Positions 21,160-32,498 of a DNA stretch of 60,292 bases are shown piece by piece (the first letter of the stretch is position 1; each line of letters begins with the position of its first letter). Position numbers and translations under genes: made by a program. Under the pieces are notes generated by a model. It ran no database searches. It saw nothing but the letters and a program-made list of their open reading frames with translations, and was not told the origin of the DNA. The stretch is from the NCBI GenBank assembly GCA_035297365.1, contig DATGZA010000007.1, positions 1 through 60,292 of the forward strand. The letters run 5' to 3'. The stretch is from Nitrososphaeraceae archaeon (GTDB taxonomy: Archaea > Thermoproteota > Nitrososphaeria > Nitrososphaerales > Nitrososphaeraceae).

Positions 21160-22020
21160 TTGATTTTAGAAAATTATCATAACTCTCTCTCACCGAGATT
21201 CTATTCAATGTTTTATGATTTACCAAATATTAAATTTGCAATTGAAAGACTAAAAGAATTTAAATCAAAATCAAATTATAAGTTTCATGAAAGATATTTT
21301 TTCCCGTATTTGTGCGGAACATATTTCACGTATAGAAAGATAGATACGCTTAGGATTTCTAGAATAGCCGAATCTCTAAATAAAGAAAAAGAGAAAATCA
21401 AATATGTAGATGTAGGATGTGGAAATGGAGATTTTTTGGAAAAGATCAGAGAATTTATTCCTAATGCAAAAGGAATTGAAAAAAACATTAATCTTTTTTA
21501 TTCAATAGGAAGATCAAAGCCAAAATACATAGATTTTTACGACACGAAATACGGGTTGTATGAAGATTACGATATAGTTTTTGTTGGATGGATGGATCCT
21601 GGCGAGGACTTTAGAGATGAAATATCAATAAAAACAGATATAATCATTACCACATTAGATGAGGGTTTAAGTTTGGCAGCAGAATATGAGGGACATGGGT
21701 TTGAGAAACTTGCTGAATGGATTACTCCATCTTGGGAAGATGTAAATTTCTCACTTGCTAATAAATATTATTCTGGATTTGACAATAAATTGATAGAATT
21801 TCTCTCTGATCTCAGAGGAAGTCACAACTATTGGTATATTTATTGCAGAAATGAAAAAAAATCAGAAGTAATAAAAGAAACATTAACGGCTCAAGTGGAA
21901 GCTGAAAAAGCATTTGGAAGATCTGTTACCTATGAATTTGAAGAGGTTCTAGACGAATTAGGATTTGGTTTTCTTGAAAAAATTAATGGGAAGAGATTAT
22001 GGGAGATAAAATTTTTCTAA
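21160..22020 (+). CDS. Class I SAM-dependent methyltransferase-like protein
   Basis: YVDVGCGNG motif I, then GIE and YDIVFVGWM. Confidence 0.75.
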   Translation: MILENYHNSLSPRFYSMFYDLPNIKFAIERLKEFKSKSNYKFHERYFFPYLCGTYFTYRKIDTLRISRIAESLNKEKEKIKYVDVGCGNGDFLEKIREFIPNAKGIEKNINLFYSIGRSKPKYIDFYDTKYGLYEDYDIVFVGWMDPGEDFRDEISIKTDIIITTLDEGLSLAAEYEGHGFEKLAEWITPSWEDVNFSLANKYYSGFDNKLIEFLSDLRGSHNYWYIYCRNEKKSEVIKETLTAQVEAEKAFGRSVTYEFEEVLDELGFGFLEKINGKRLWEIKFF

Positions 22021-22069
22021 GCAACAATAAACAATACTTTAAGTAACCACAGATTAAATGAATTTCTAA

Positions 22070-23329
22070 TTGGAAGTTAGAGTTTTAGGTGCAGGAAAAG
22101 AAGTTGGACGTTCCGCTTTTTTAGTAAAGAGCGAGATTTCTAATATTTTATTAGATTATGGTGTTTTGTTGAAAAAAGAACCTGAATTCCCAATTCATGT
22201 AAAACCCAAAGATATCAATGCCGTGGTTCTTTCTCACGCTCATCTTGATCATTCAGGTTATGTACCTTCATTATTTTTGTCATCCTCTAATATTGAGGTC
22301 ATATCAACTATGCCTACAATGGAGCTATCACAGTTATTGATTGAAGATATGTTGAAAATATCTGGTTTTTACCTACCATTTGAAAATATTGAAGTTGAGA
22401 AAATGATGAAAAGTCATACTAACATAGAATACAGACACTCTTATGATATCAATGATTTGAACATCACATTATATGAATCTGGTCATGTGATTGGTGGGTC
22501 TACTATAATAATAGAAAACAAAGGTAAGAAAATCTTCTATACCGGAGACGTGAATACAAGAGGCTCAAAATTACTTAGACCAGCAGACTTAGATTTTGAC
22601 AATATAGATCTTATGATTATCGAAAGTACTTATTCACAAAGTACTCAAAAACCTAGAGAACAATCGGAAAAGGAACTGCTGGAATTCGCATACGAAATTA
22701 TCGAAAATAATGGAACTTTATTTGTCCCAGCTTTTTCGGTTGAGAGAGCACAAGAAATTGCTTGTGTGTTTAAAGCACATAATTTCAAATATAAAGTTGT
22801 GATGGATGGAATGGCTTTGAAAGTCAATGAAATAATGTTGAAATATCCAGAATTTTTAAGGGATCCAGAACTGTTTAGAAATGCGGTAGAGAATTTAGAA
22901 TGGGTAAGAGAATGGAAGAGAAGAAAAAAGGTAGTAAGAGAACCCTGCGTGATAATTTCACCTGCTGGGATGCTAGTGGGAGGTTCGGCCGTTTTTTATA
23001 TGCAAAATATGATGGATTATGAAAAGAACGGCATAGCATTGGTATCATATCAAGGAGAAAACACACCGGGAAGAAGGTTGTTGGAGGAAAGAACATTTAA
23101 GTTAAATGGAAAAATGAAGAAATGTTTTGCTCAAGTTAAACAATTTGAATTTTCCGGTCACAATAGCAGAGAAGAGCTATTCGAAATACTTGATAGAATA
23201 AAAGGAAATCCAACTGTACTCACAGTTCATGGAGATGGCAACTCTTGCACAAGATTTTCGGAAGAAATATCAGAAAAGTATGGTTATCACTCCTTTGCTC
23301 CTAACTTGGGAGATTCATACGAAGTATGA
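22070..23329 (+). CDS. Beta-CASP metallo-beta-lactamase ribonuclease (aCPSF-type, no KH domains)
   Basis: GAGKEVGRSA, SHAHLDHSG, GHVIG, YTGD, IESTY, FSGH and VHG motifs. Confidence 0.92.
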   Translation: MEVRVLGAGKEVGRSAFLVKSEISNILLDYGVLLKKEPEFPIHVKPKDINAVVLSHAHLDHSGYVPSLFLSSSNIEVISTMPTMELSQLLIEDMLKISGFYLPFENIEVEKMMKSHTNIEYRHSYDINDLNITLYESGHVIGGSTIIIENKGKKIFYTGDVNTRGSKLLRPADLDFDNIDLMIIESTYSQSTQKPREQSEKELLEFAYEIIENNGTLFVPAFSVERAQEIACVFKAHNFKYKVVMDGMALKVNEIMLKYPEFLRDPELFRNAVENLEWVREWKRRKKVVREPCVIISPAGMLVGGSAVFYMQNMMDYEKNGIALVSYQGENTPGRRLLEERTFKLNGKMKKCFAQVKQFEFSGHNSREELFEILDRIKGNPTVLTVHGDGNSCTRFSEEISEKYGYHSFAPNLGDSYEV

Positions 23330-23407
23330 TATATTTTCATTTCAAAAATATTATTTTGTACTTATAAATAGATAAATTTAAAATGATTTGAAGAGAACAT
23401 ATAATGA

Positions 23408-23602
23408 TTGATTACAAAAAATACCGATCCTTTTAAACTAAAAAAATGTATTTCCTGCAAGAAAGAAATCTTATTAAATGATAGATACTTCTCTTATCCT
23501 TTATCTCTACAATCTTTTTGTATAGAATGTGCAAAGGTAGAAATTCCGAAAACTATAGAAACATTAAACAATGATTTGCGTAAAATATTTGAGAAAATTT
23601 AG
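23408..23602 (+). CDS. Small CxxC...CxxC zinc-finger protein
   Basis: CISC...FCIECA; fills the gap between two co-oriented genes. Confidence 0.65.
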   Translation: MITKNTDPFKLKKCISCKKEILLNDRYFSYPLSLQSFCIECAKVEIPKTIETLNNDLRKIFEKI

Positions 23603-23645
23603 CTGAGGACATATTTTATGAATATTTGTTATAAAATAGAGGATT

Positions 23646-24569
23646 ATGAAAAGAAGTAGTAAACATAAAGTAGTATTATTTGATCCGATAAGAAGTATCA
23701 ATAGCGGTCAAGTATTCCTATGGAAAAATGTCAATGGATCATGGTATGGGATAAATGGCCAAGAAATATTAAAATTTACTGTAATAAACGAAGCAACAGT
23801 CAATAATAAGAAAATAATTTCAACAAATGAAGTAGAATATCAATCCTTTCCTAAAAATGAACTTTGGGAGAACTTTTTTTTTAGGTTAGATGATAATTAT
23901 GAAGAAGTTTATAAAGCATTATCAAAAGATGAAATCATTTTTAGAATATACCAGAAATACCATGGATTGAGAATATTAAGGCAGGACCCATTTCAGTGTA
24001 TTATATCTTTTGTATGTGCAAGTAATACAAATGTTAAAAGAATAAGACATATGTTAACAAACATTTCTAAAAAATTTGGAACAAAGATAATATTTGACGG
24101 ATTAGAATTTTATCTTTTCCCTAATGCAAAGGAATTAAGCAATGCGTCAATTAACGAATTGACGTCATGCGGTTTAGGATATAGAGCTAAATTTGTGAAA
24201 TCAGTAGCGAGCGATATTGAATCAAAAATGTTAAACTTTGAAGAGATAAAAATGAAATATTATTTTGATTCTAGAAAAGAGTTAGTAAAATTAAAGGGAA
24301 TTGGAAATAAAACTGCTGACTGTATTCTTTTATTTGCGTTTGAAAAACTAGATGCTTTTCCTATAGATGTTTGGATTTATAGATCGTTATTGGAGAATTA
24401 TTATTGGTTATTTGAGGACATAAAAAAGTATCATCCTAAAAATAAACCAACTAACAACCAATATAACATAATAGGAAGCAGAGTTCGTGAATATTTTGGA
24501 GAATATGCAGGATATGTCCAACAATATTTATATTACCATATTAGAGATACATCTAGAAGAACATGGTAA
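23646..24569 (+). CDS. 8-oxoguanine DNA glycosylase (Ogg1-type HhH-GPD)
   Basis: SINSGQVFLW, GLRILRQDPFQCIISF, GLGYRAK, LKGIGNKTADC, FPIDVW, YAGYVQQYLY. Confidence 0.92.
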   Translation: MKRSSKHKVVLFDPIRSINSGQVFLWKNVNGSWYGINGQEILKFTVINEATVNNKKIISTNEVEYQSFPKNELWENFFFRLDDNYEEVYKALSKDEIIFRIYQKYHGLRILRQDPFQCIISFVCASNTNVKRIRHMLTNISKKFGTKIIFDGLEFYLFPNAKELSNASINELTSCGLGYRAKFVKSVASDIESKMLNFEEIKMKYYFDSRKELVKLKGIGNKTADCILLFAFEKLDAFPIDVWIYRSLLENYYWLFEDIKKYHPKNKPTNNQYNIIGSRVREYFGEYAGYVQQYLYYHIRDTSRRTW

Positions 24570-24624
24570 AATAAATAAAATAAGGTAATAAAATATATCG
24601 TTCCACCTAAAAAAGATTTTATTA

Positions 24625-25032
24625 CTAGCTTGCTTTGGTCAGATTTAGAGTAATTAAATTGTTTTCCTTCTTTGGCGATTCTATTTTACCAAAAACATCA
24701 ATATCATCTAAGGTAGAAGAAGCATCTACAAATATATACGAGTTGTTAATATTTTTTGTAGAGTTTGATAATTCTATTATTAACTGTATCGTCTGATTTT
24801 CATTGACTGTAAAAGTAGTTTTATCTTTAGCTAATTCTGAATCATTTGTTTTATCCCTCAATTGAGCGTTGATATTCCAAGTTTGACCCTTAAATTTTTC
24901 AACATCTACCACTTTTACAATCACACTGACTTCTGAACTTTCTCCGTAAATATTATTGAATAATATAGAAAAAAACATTATCCCAACAATTGAAAGAGCG
25001 AGGAACTGATGAAGAATGTTTTTCATCAACAC
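24625..25032 (-). CDS. Secreted hypothetical protein
   Basis: Signal anchor followed by a beta-rich domain. Confidence 0.65.
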   Translation of the reverse strand: MLMKNILHQFLALSIVGIMFFSILFNNIYGESSEVSVIVKVVDVEKFKGQTWNINAQLRDKTNDSELAKDKTTFTVNENQTIQLIIELSNSTKNINNSYIFVDASSTLDDIDVFGKIESPKKENNLITLNLTKAS

Positions 25033-25353
25033 AATTTGAGGAAGGATCTATTTATATAATACACTCAAATTTAGAAATCCTTTTTGTAAAATATGTTAAA
25101 AAGAAAATTTATCATTATTTTAATATGCGAAATTGCTTCAAATAATCTCTAAGATCCTGATAAGCAAATATATTATATTTAGAAATCTATACATAAGTGT
25201 TCGAATTGTCGTTCAGCGGTAACTGTTTCAGTCTCTCTTAAAGTAGAGCATGATAAAATTATAAAATTGGGCAAGCTTCTTGATCGGTGTTGAATTTGTG
25301 ATGATTGCTTTTTTAGAAAACAAGGAATAAAATCAGAATCATTGTCCTAACAC

Positions 25354-25377
25354 GAAGAAGAAGAAGAAGAAGAAGAA
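25354..25377. repeat. (GAA)8 microsatellite
   Basis: Read directly; intergenic. Confidence 0.85.
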
Positions 25378-26848
25378 AAACATGAATCTCTTGGTATCCA
25401 AACCGCTACCTACAGACGTATACCCAAATACTCCGCAAGCAGACAAAACGTCAAAAAGTGGAGAGATATCCAAATATGTAAATTTACATACGAACCTACT
25501 AATAAAATAAAAAAATCGTAGTATCGATATAGAAGATCAAAGATGGGCAAGACATTATTATTATTCGTATTATAGTTAGCCTTTCAAATGAATAATTTGA
25601 TAAGTTCTTTTATGATGTTGTAAAACGGATATATTATAGTGTAACATTAAAAGTATCTCGCATTTTATGATATTATAAATTTTGTAAATCTACCACTTTT
25701 TTTATAATACCTGTTGGCATGGGGAAGGAAATATGATTTTAAAGTCATTGATAATAATATTTCTTATAGTTTCTATTCTTGTATCAATTACTGCACAATC
25801 ACTTGCACATATTTTTCAAAGATGATGAAAGGGCATCTATATCTTGGTAGATACAACGAAAGTTCAAGTTTAATTCAACAATTTCTGTTGATGACTAATT
25901 GGATTTAGTCCTACAGGATCTTGATAAACTAAAAGAACTATTTGATGATCACATAAAGCGTAAAATAGCAGATAACAATGAAAGGGTTGCAAATCATATA
26001 ACTGCACAATAAATGGATTTGCCTTGTACTCAAAAAGCACATCAATCTAAAATTAACACTGATGTACAAATTCTTAATGCATTCTTAATTGAATCGTTAG
26101 CTGTGAAAATTCCTCCAGAAGTTTTCACCAGTTCTACAGTACCGGTCTACGTTTTGTTGAATTAGAAGATCTAATAAATACCAGACAATCAAGTGTTTTT
26201 AACCAATCTCAGAACAAATCTTTGACTACCGGTAACTCTGGTTCTGTCATGAAAAGATATGGCTTCATATCTTAGAATATTGTAATAGATCTGTACGAAT
26301 CAAAATTAAAAAGGTAAGGCAGTAAAAAATCAATCTGATACAATTGATAAATTTGAGCAAGAAATCGATGAATTAAATAGATGTATGGATTTGAAAAACC
26401 ATATAATGAGATAGCTAAAAGGGTAAATGATATCATCTATCCCTTGGAACAGGAACAATACAAATTACCAGAACCCTCCCATACTTACGAAGAAGGTACG
26501 TATACATAGAAAGAGGTTGCAAATAGTTAGAAATCTTTATTCAAATGTTATGTATTATTTCAACTGAAATTATTATTGTTAAAAATATAGTCACAGGATA
26601 CTAAAATAAAATAAAAAACAATTGAATGACTCTATTAAATTAGAAATTAGGTACATGAATGAAGCGATTATATTTTTATATTTTGGTTTTATATTTGTGA
26701 ATAAATAGCATAAGCCAACAATAAAAAGTCACATAAATATTTATGTCATTTGATCAAATTATTCATTCTTCATACTATATAACGATCAAAAACAAGATTC
26801 AATTCAAAATATAATGGATATACACAGCAGCGTCTTTCAATATATCTA

Positions 26849-28294
26849 TTAGGAACTATTTATAAAATGTGACTTTGGATATCCTGCGTGCGGATCAGTT
26901 TGTATATTATATAGAAAGAATTGAGGTTTAATAGCGGCCAACATCACAGCACCATTGAACTCCATTAATCTCAAATGAATATCACTGACGCTTTTCATTA
27001 CTTCTAGTGATTTATAGGTAGGTCTGGAAACCATTATAAGTAAGTCATTTGAGGAACGTATCTTGCTAGAAAAGTTAACAATGGCTTTTTGAATATCTAA
27101 AAGTTCATTTTGATATTGTATTTCTACAAAACTAAAATCTACTGTTATAAGACATCCATCTGTTATACTTCGTAATTCATCATATTCTTTATTCCATATT
27201 TTGATTGTATTTATAAAATCTACTTCTATCCCAGGTACGATGTATGGTTGACTTTCACTATTTTTAAGATCATTTTTAATCATATTCTCTCTTCCTATTA
27301 TTTTGAAATATTTGTTCAATAATTTCTTATTTACAAACGGTGTGATGTATCGGGTAACGGATGATATATGTTGATCCCAAGCTGAGATTATTAATGCCCC
27401 ATAACTCTGGGAAATAAAATTTAATACCAGTGGAACGAAAACGGGGACAAAAGCAAATCTATCTACTTCTTCTTCTATCTCCAATGAGATTATACTACCC
27501 CTTTTAAAGCCTCCTTTTAATTTATTATCCAATCCTTGATTTCCGGTAGAGAATGTTTTTTCTGAATGTGGGAAAAAAACAAAGTTATTTGTTTTATCAA
27601 AATTAATTTTATGAGAGATGGGTGAAAATGTTCTAAACCTTCCATCTGTTAAAGTAAATCCTATTTTAGATCTATTTATCCCAGTTCCTTTAAGTTTGTA
27701 TATTTGCATTTCTCTAAGACGGTATGATTTATAAAAAGATTGATCAAGAGTAATGATTCCATCGATTAAATTATCAAGATCTGTATTGTCCATATCTTCA
27801 GTCAAAAAAATGATAAAACCTCCATTTTTATCTATAAGGGAAGATAATATTTTTTGTGTTCTTATGATATCTTTGTTATCTAGTTCTTTTGCTAAGTTAT
27901 CCCATATCTCCAATATTATAAATGGCCTAGGCTTTTCCTTTAAAGGTACAAACGGATCTTCAATTTTTTGGATTCTGTTTGATAGTGTATTCATTATACT
28001 ATTTAATATGACGGATGCTTCAGATAACATAAAATCAGGGTTGGTGTTGATAGACACTATATTGTATGATTTTAATAGGTTTTTGGTACATGGAAATCTA
28101 TTGTAAATATTATTTACAGAAATATTTCTAGAAATATATATTACTTCGAATTTGTTTGAGTGAGTTTTTGCTATTTCTAGAGCCAGAGTGGCCTTACCGG
28201 TACCAGATTTTCCTCTAATTAATAATGATTTATTTTCATTTGTAATAAACTTATGAATATCTTCCAGTCCAGAATCTGATTCTATTATTTCCAT
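26849..28294 (-). CDS. KaiC/RAD55-superfamily double-domain ATPase, GvpD-like
   Basis: SLLIRGKSGTGKATLALE (Walker A), LIDGIITL, REMQIYKLKG, FTLTDGRFRTF; second domain FSTGNQGLDNKLKGGFKRGS with a degenerate P-loop. Confidence 0.8.
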   Translation of the reverse strand: MEIIESDSGLEDIHKFITNENKSLLIRGKSGTGKATLALEIAKTHSNKFEVIYISRNISVNNIYNRFPCTKNLLKSYNIVSINTNPDFMLSEASVILNSIMNTLSNRIQKIEDPFVPLKEKPRPFIILEIWDNLAKELDNKDIIRTQKILSSLIDKNGGFIIFLTEDMDNTDLDNLIDGIITLDQSFYKSYRLREMQIYKLKGTGINRSKIGFTLTDGRFRTFSPISHKINFDKTNNFVFFPHSEKTFSTGNQGLDNKLKGGFKRGSIISLEIEEEVDRFAFVPVFVPLVLNFISQSYGALIISAWDQHISSVTRYITPFVNKKLLNKYFKIIGRENMIKNDLKNSESQPYIVPGIEVDFINTIKIWNKEYDELRSITDGCLITVDFSFVEIQYQNELLDIQKAIVNFSSKIRSSNDLLIMVSRPTYKSLEVMKSVSDIHLRLMEFNGAVMLAAIKPQFFLYNIQTDPHAGYPKSHFINSS

Positions 28295-28344
28295 ATCAAT
28301 AAAATTATTCCTTAAAGTAATAAAACTTTCAATTCTGAAATTAA

Positions 28345-29229
28345 TTATTTCTTTTTATTTGTCATATGTGTTGAATAAATTTCTCCTGTTTCAAATAGCA
28401 TAAATTTATCCTGTAGAGGAAATTTTTCTTTAGTATTATCATTGAGATTTCTAAAAACATTTTCTCCTATTATGATATTGTTAGGAGGGGCCTTACCCAT
28501 GATTTTGGCTGCTCTGCTTATCACATGACCTAAGAGATCTGGTTCTGATCCAAGCACTACTATCTGATTTATACCAACATCAATTGCTATTCGACTTCTT
28601 AACTTAGGATATTTATTCTGATATAGAATTTCATTAATAGATTCATCTAACAACTTTTGCATATAAAACCCACATTTTATTGCATGTTCATGTAGATCTC
28701 CGTTCGATAATATCGATCCCTCAGGAAAATAACCAATTACTGCATCACCGGCATATTTTAACACATAACCGAAATATCTTGATATACAAATTGAAATTTC
28801 TTGACAAAATATTCTAACAATCATCGATAATTCTTCAGGATTCAGTATAGCTGTTAGTGCCGTAGAACCAACCAGATCTATATATAGAATTACCATATCT
28901 CTGGGTTGTTTCTTGTTTTCAAGGAGGAATTTATGAGATAAATATGACAAAAATATTTGAGCGTAAGAATCCTTGGTATTCTGATGGATATCTTTTATTG
29001 TGTTTGACACTCTTTTGCGACTACTCTGGATCATTTTTTGAATTTCTATGTTGGATGGTTGATATTTAGGTCCTATGTTGTTAAAAAGAGTAGCAAACAC
29101 ATTTTCAGGAATAAAAACTTCTTCTATCTTATCATAAAAACCAGATTGTCCATCAATTATCTGTTCTTCAAATCTTTTCTTATCTAATAATGATCTGAAA
29201 TCAGTAACAAATTCCTTATTACCAATCAT
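28345..29229 (-). CDS. Class III adenylate/guanylate cyclase-domain protein
   Basis: ILYIDLVGST, VLKYAGDAV, RIAIDVG, DLLGHVISRAAKI, IIIGENVF. Confidence 0.88.
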   Translation of the reverse strand: MIGNKEFVTDFRSLLDKKRFEEQIIDGQSGFYDKIEEVFIPENVFATLFNNIGPKYQPSNIEIQKMIQSSRKRVSNTIKDIHQNTKDSYAQIFLSYLSHKFLLENKKQPRDMVILYIDLVGSTALTAILNPEELSMIVRIFCQEISICISRYFGYVLKYAGDAVIGYFPEGSILSNGDLHEHAIKCGFYMQKLLDESINEILYQNKYPKLRSRIAIDVGINQIVVLGSEPDLLGHVISRAAKIMGKAPPNNIIIGENVFRNLNDNTKEKFPLQDKFMLFETGEIYSTHMTNKKK

Positions 29230-29749
29230 TAATTGCTTACCTTTGTATTAAGTAGTCATTCAATGCCATTATTATATGTTATATTGCTTTTGAATAACAG
29301 TTTTATTATAATTTCAGATTTGATTACAATTGATTATTATAACTGGAAATATAGTGCACATAAAAATTAACAAAAAAAGGTATTTCGTTACGTATCATAT
29401 AATATCTGAAATTCTATAAACAAAATTTCAATGTGCCCCATTTTGGATTTCGAAAACATGAATATAATTTTTTGATATAACAGAATTCATAAAAGAAGTT
29501 TATATTTTTTATTTGAAGTTAAATCATTTGGTATGAAGACCTTTTGAAACAAGGTTGTTAATTACTTCGAGTTTAAAGATAACGTGGTACTGCTATGAAT
29601 CTATAATAGATATTTATATCAGGATTAATTGGCGGACCATAGAGTTCTATTATTTATTTTGGATGGTATAACGATTAAAAATTTTATATAAAGTGGTATA
29701 AGATTTATATATTTGTTTGCCTATAATTATAATAAATACAAACCAAAAT

Positions 29750-30664
29750 ATGCAATCAATAATTCAATGTCAAAAATGTGATCCGAACGAAGCTAAAATG
29801 ATCACCGATGATGAAGCAGGAGAGGTTATATGTTCTAAATGTGGTATAGTTGCCGCCAGAAGTATAGAATATACAAATAAAATCTGGAATAAGGTAGATG
29901 ATGAACATCTAAATACATCGAATGGATATCCTTCATCTTTAGCGCGTCACGATAAAGGACTTTCTACTACCATTGCCCGAACTCAAAGAGATTCAACTGG
30001 CAACATAATTGATTCTAGAATGCAAGTAAGGTTTAATAGACTTCGAAATTGGGATAGAAGGTCGCAAATACATAAATCTTCTAGAAACTTGAGTATAGCA
30101 TTCAGACAATTAGACGCTTTAAAAGATAAACTTAACCTACCATCTGCAGTAATTGAAAAAGCTGCTTATATATACAGAAGAGTGCAAGAAGATGGACTAG
30201 TAAAGGGAAGGAAAATAAATACTGTACTAGGAGCATCGTTGTACGTAGCATGCAGAGAATTTGGTATACCTAGAACCATTATGGAGGTCATTAATGCAAA
30301 TAATGGTAAATACAATGAAACCTCTAGAGTATACAGGCAGATTGTATTACATCTGGACCAGAAGATTCCTCAGCAAAACATATATCAACTTATAGAAAAA
30401 GTCGGAAGAAATGCAGATTTGGAAGAAAGGAGCATCAGAATGGCACTTCAGTTAATGAAGAGGCTCGAAATAACTGGCTTTAGTGCTGGAAGAGACCCAA
30501 TGGGAATAGCGGGCGCCATTATTTATATATCCCTTCCATACAGTAACAAAAAGAATATGAAGAAAGGAATTACACAAAAACAAATATCCGATGCGGCAGG
30601 AGTTTCAGAAGTTACAATCAGGGCAGTTGCTAAGCAAATTAGTAAAAAACTTCGTTTGGAATAA
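29750..30664 (+). CDS. tfb: Transcription initiation factor IIB (TFB paralogue)
   Basis: Zn ribbon CQKC...GEVICSKCG, HDKGLST, RLRNWD, LYVACR, GRDPMG, ITQKQISDAAGVSEVTIR. Confidence 0.93.
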   Translation: MQSIIQCQKCDPNEAKMITDDEAGEVICSKCGIVAARSIEYTNKIWNKVDDEHLNTSNGYPSSLARHDKGLSTTIARTQRDSTGNIIDSRMQVRFNRLRNWDRRSQIHKSSRNLSIAFRQLDALKDKLNLPSAVIEKAAYIYRRVQEDGLVKGRKINTVLGASLYVACREFGIPRTIMEVINANNGKYNETSRVYRQIVLHLDQKIPQQNIYQLIEKVGRNADLEERSIRMALQLMKRLEITGFSAGRDPMGIAGAIIYISLPYSNKKNMKKGITQKQISDAAGVSEVTIRAVAKQISKKLRLE

Positions 30665-31073
30665 ATAATCCCTTTTTTTTAAACCAAAGATTAAAGATTA
30701 TTTTATACATTCAGAAAAACGATAATAAACATCCAGTTATTGCAATAATGTTTGGCAAGATAAATTACTTTGTATGATCGATTGAAAATCTCATAATATA
30801 CACTTTTGTTTTAAAACTTGTATAAGAATAATTTGATTATTATGATATAGCCTTACCCTTTATGTCATAATATACACATAATGTTCGAATATTTACATTG
30901 ACTTGTGCTAGAAATACAGATAGATGGGACTAGAAGAAATCCTTTCAACTAAAATACACATCGAGTATAACATCATGATTTGCTAAACTAGAAATTATAG
31001 AGTGAACGAATTTTAACATATTTGTGAAGTGACTTCCTAGAAAACATATTGTATGATAATAAAAGAGAGACCT

Positions 31074-31116
31074 AATTTAATCCAATTTAATCCAATTTAA
31101 TCCAATTTAATCCAAT
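31074..31116. repeat. 4 x 10-bp perfect tandem repeat AATTTAATCC
   Basis: Read directly; lies between convergent genes. Confidence 0.85.
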
Positions 31117-31244
31117 CTATATATTTTCTATTATAATTAATATATTTGGAAAAAATATTCAGCAACCTATTTATTATTAACATCAAATGGTATTTACTAA
31201 ATTTTATAATAATATCTAATCTCCACTTCCAAACTTGCACAAAA

Positions 31245-31514
31245 TTATTTGTTGTAAAATTCCTTTGCTTCCTCTTCCATCTTTTTTAATCGTGAATAAT
31301 AATCCGGAAATTCATTCAAATGTGCAAGAGCAATTTTGCCAGTCTTAATCTCGTCGTCGTGAGTAACATCTGTGTGTTCGTTCCTTAGTCCATGTTCCAA
31401 TTCAACCTCCAAACCCATTCTAAATTGCTCTATGTCGAATTTACTCCAGTCAACACCTAGTGTCTCGCCCACTTTCTTAGCATCTTCTTTGGTAAAATGT
31501 TTAGAATTTGACAA
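31245..31514 (-). CDS. DUF5661-like small protein
   Basis: FRMGLEVELEHG and KIALAHLNEFPDYYSRL. Confidence 0.8.
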   Translation of the reverse strand: MSNSKHFTKEDAKKVGETLGVDWSKFDIEQFRMGLEVELEHGLRNEHTDVTHDDEIKTGKIALAHLNEFPDYYSRLKKMEEEAKEFYNK

Positions 31515-32498
31515 ATTGTTTGTTTTATATGACTACAGGTTATTTTACTTTTCTCAATATACACTATTTGTTCTGATAAAGACAGTAGTAATGGGAGCCA
31601 GAAATGCATTGATATGTTTTCACAGACATTTATAATCTCCATTAACTTCATATGATACTAACTAATGAAAATTGCATATTCGAAATGTTTGATATCACAA
31701 ATAGTCAGGATTTTGACGAAATAATAATCCTTTTAATAATGATATATTACTATAATTTCTTAAAAAAATGGAACAATTATTCGAATAAGGTAAGTAAAAA
31801 TTAATAAAGAATCTATTAAATATACAAATGTATTTACGTTAACGAGACACACTTTATCCAGGCGTATTTTGAAAAACTGTCGAACATCAATTCAGAGAAA
31901 GTTTAAAATCAATTTCCTAGCTTGCAAATAGAATTATTGTAACAGAGAAGTAATCGTGAGGATAACCTGTTTTAAATCTTTTCAATTTTCAAATCTTAAG
32001 TAGTTCAAGCTTCGATCGGTTATAATTATCTTAAATAATAAAAAAAATAGAAAATTGAAAGACTTTCAGCATTTTTTCTGAATTTAAATATCAGATGAAT
32101 AAAATATGAAATAAAGTTAACAAATAAAAAATTAAGAGATGGAAATTTCATATTTGTGAGTAGACCCCTATTTGATAAAAAAAAATTAAAAATGAAGCAA
32201 CTTATTTAAAAAATATTTGTAAAGAAATGTGTTTATCAAAAAAGTAAAAATATTTTTTTTAAATACAATAAGCTAATAAAAGAATTTAAAATAGACATTT
32301 TTTAATATATTTAAGTATCTTTTTATCAAATTCAAAATCATTTTTAAAAGGTGTAACAATCTATTTTTTTAAAAATATGTGATTGATGAGTAATTAATTT
32401 GATTATATTTTGAGCATTTTATATTCCATTAATTAAGAACTTTTAGTAATGTAAAGATACAACCCATGTTTAAATATCATAAAAATATTAATTTATGT

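Noticed and set aside
26731-26746. 16-bp perfect palindrome ACATAAATATTTATGT
   Set aside because: Almost pure A/T in very AT-rich DNA and downstream of a gene; chance is likely.
26849-28294. Gas-vesicle operon or circadian clock
   Set aside because: No gvpA/other gvp genes and no kaiB in the window; only the ATPase fold is supported.
31074-31116. Possible CRISPR array (also considered for 40761-40826)
   Set aside because: Units are 10-11 bp, contiguous and lack unique spacers; no cas genes in the window.
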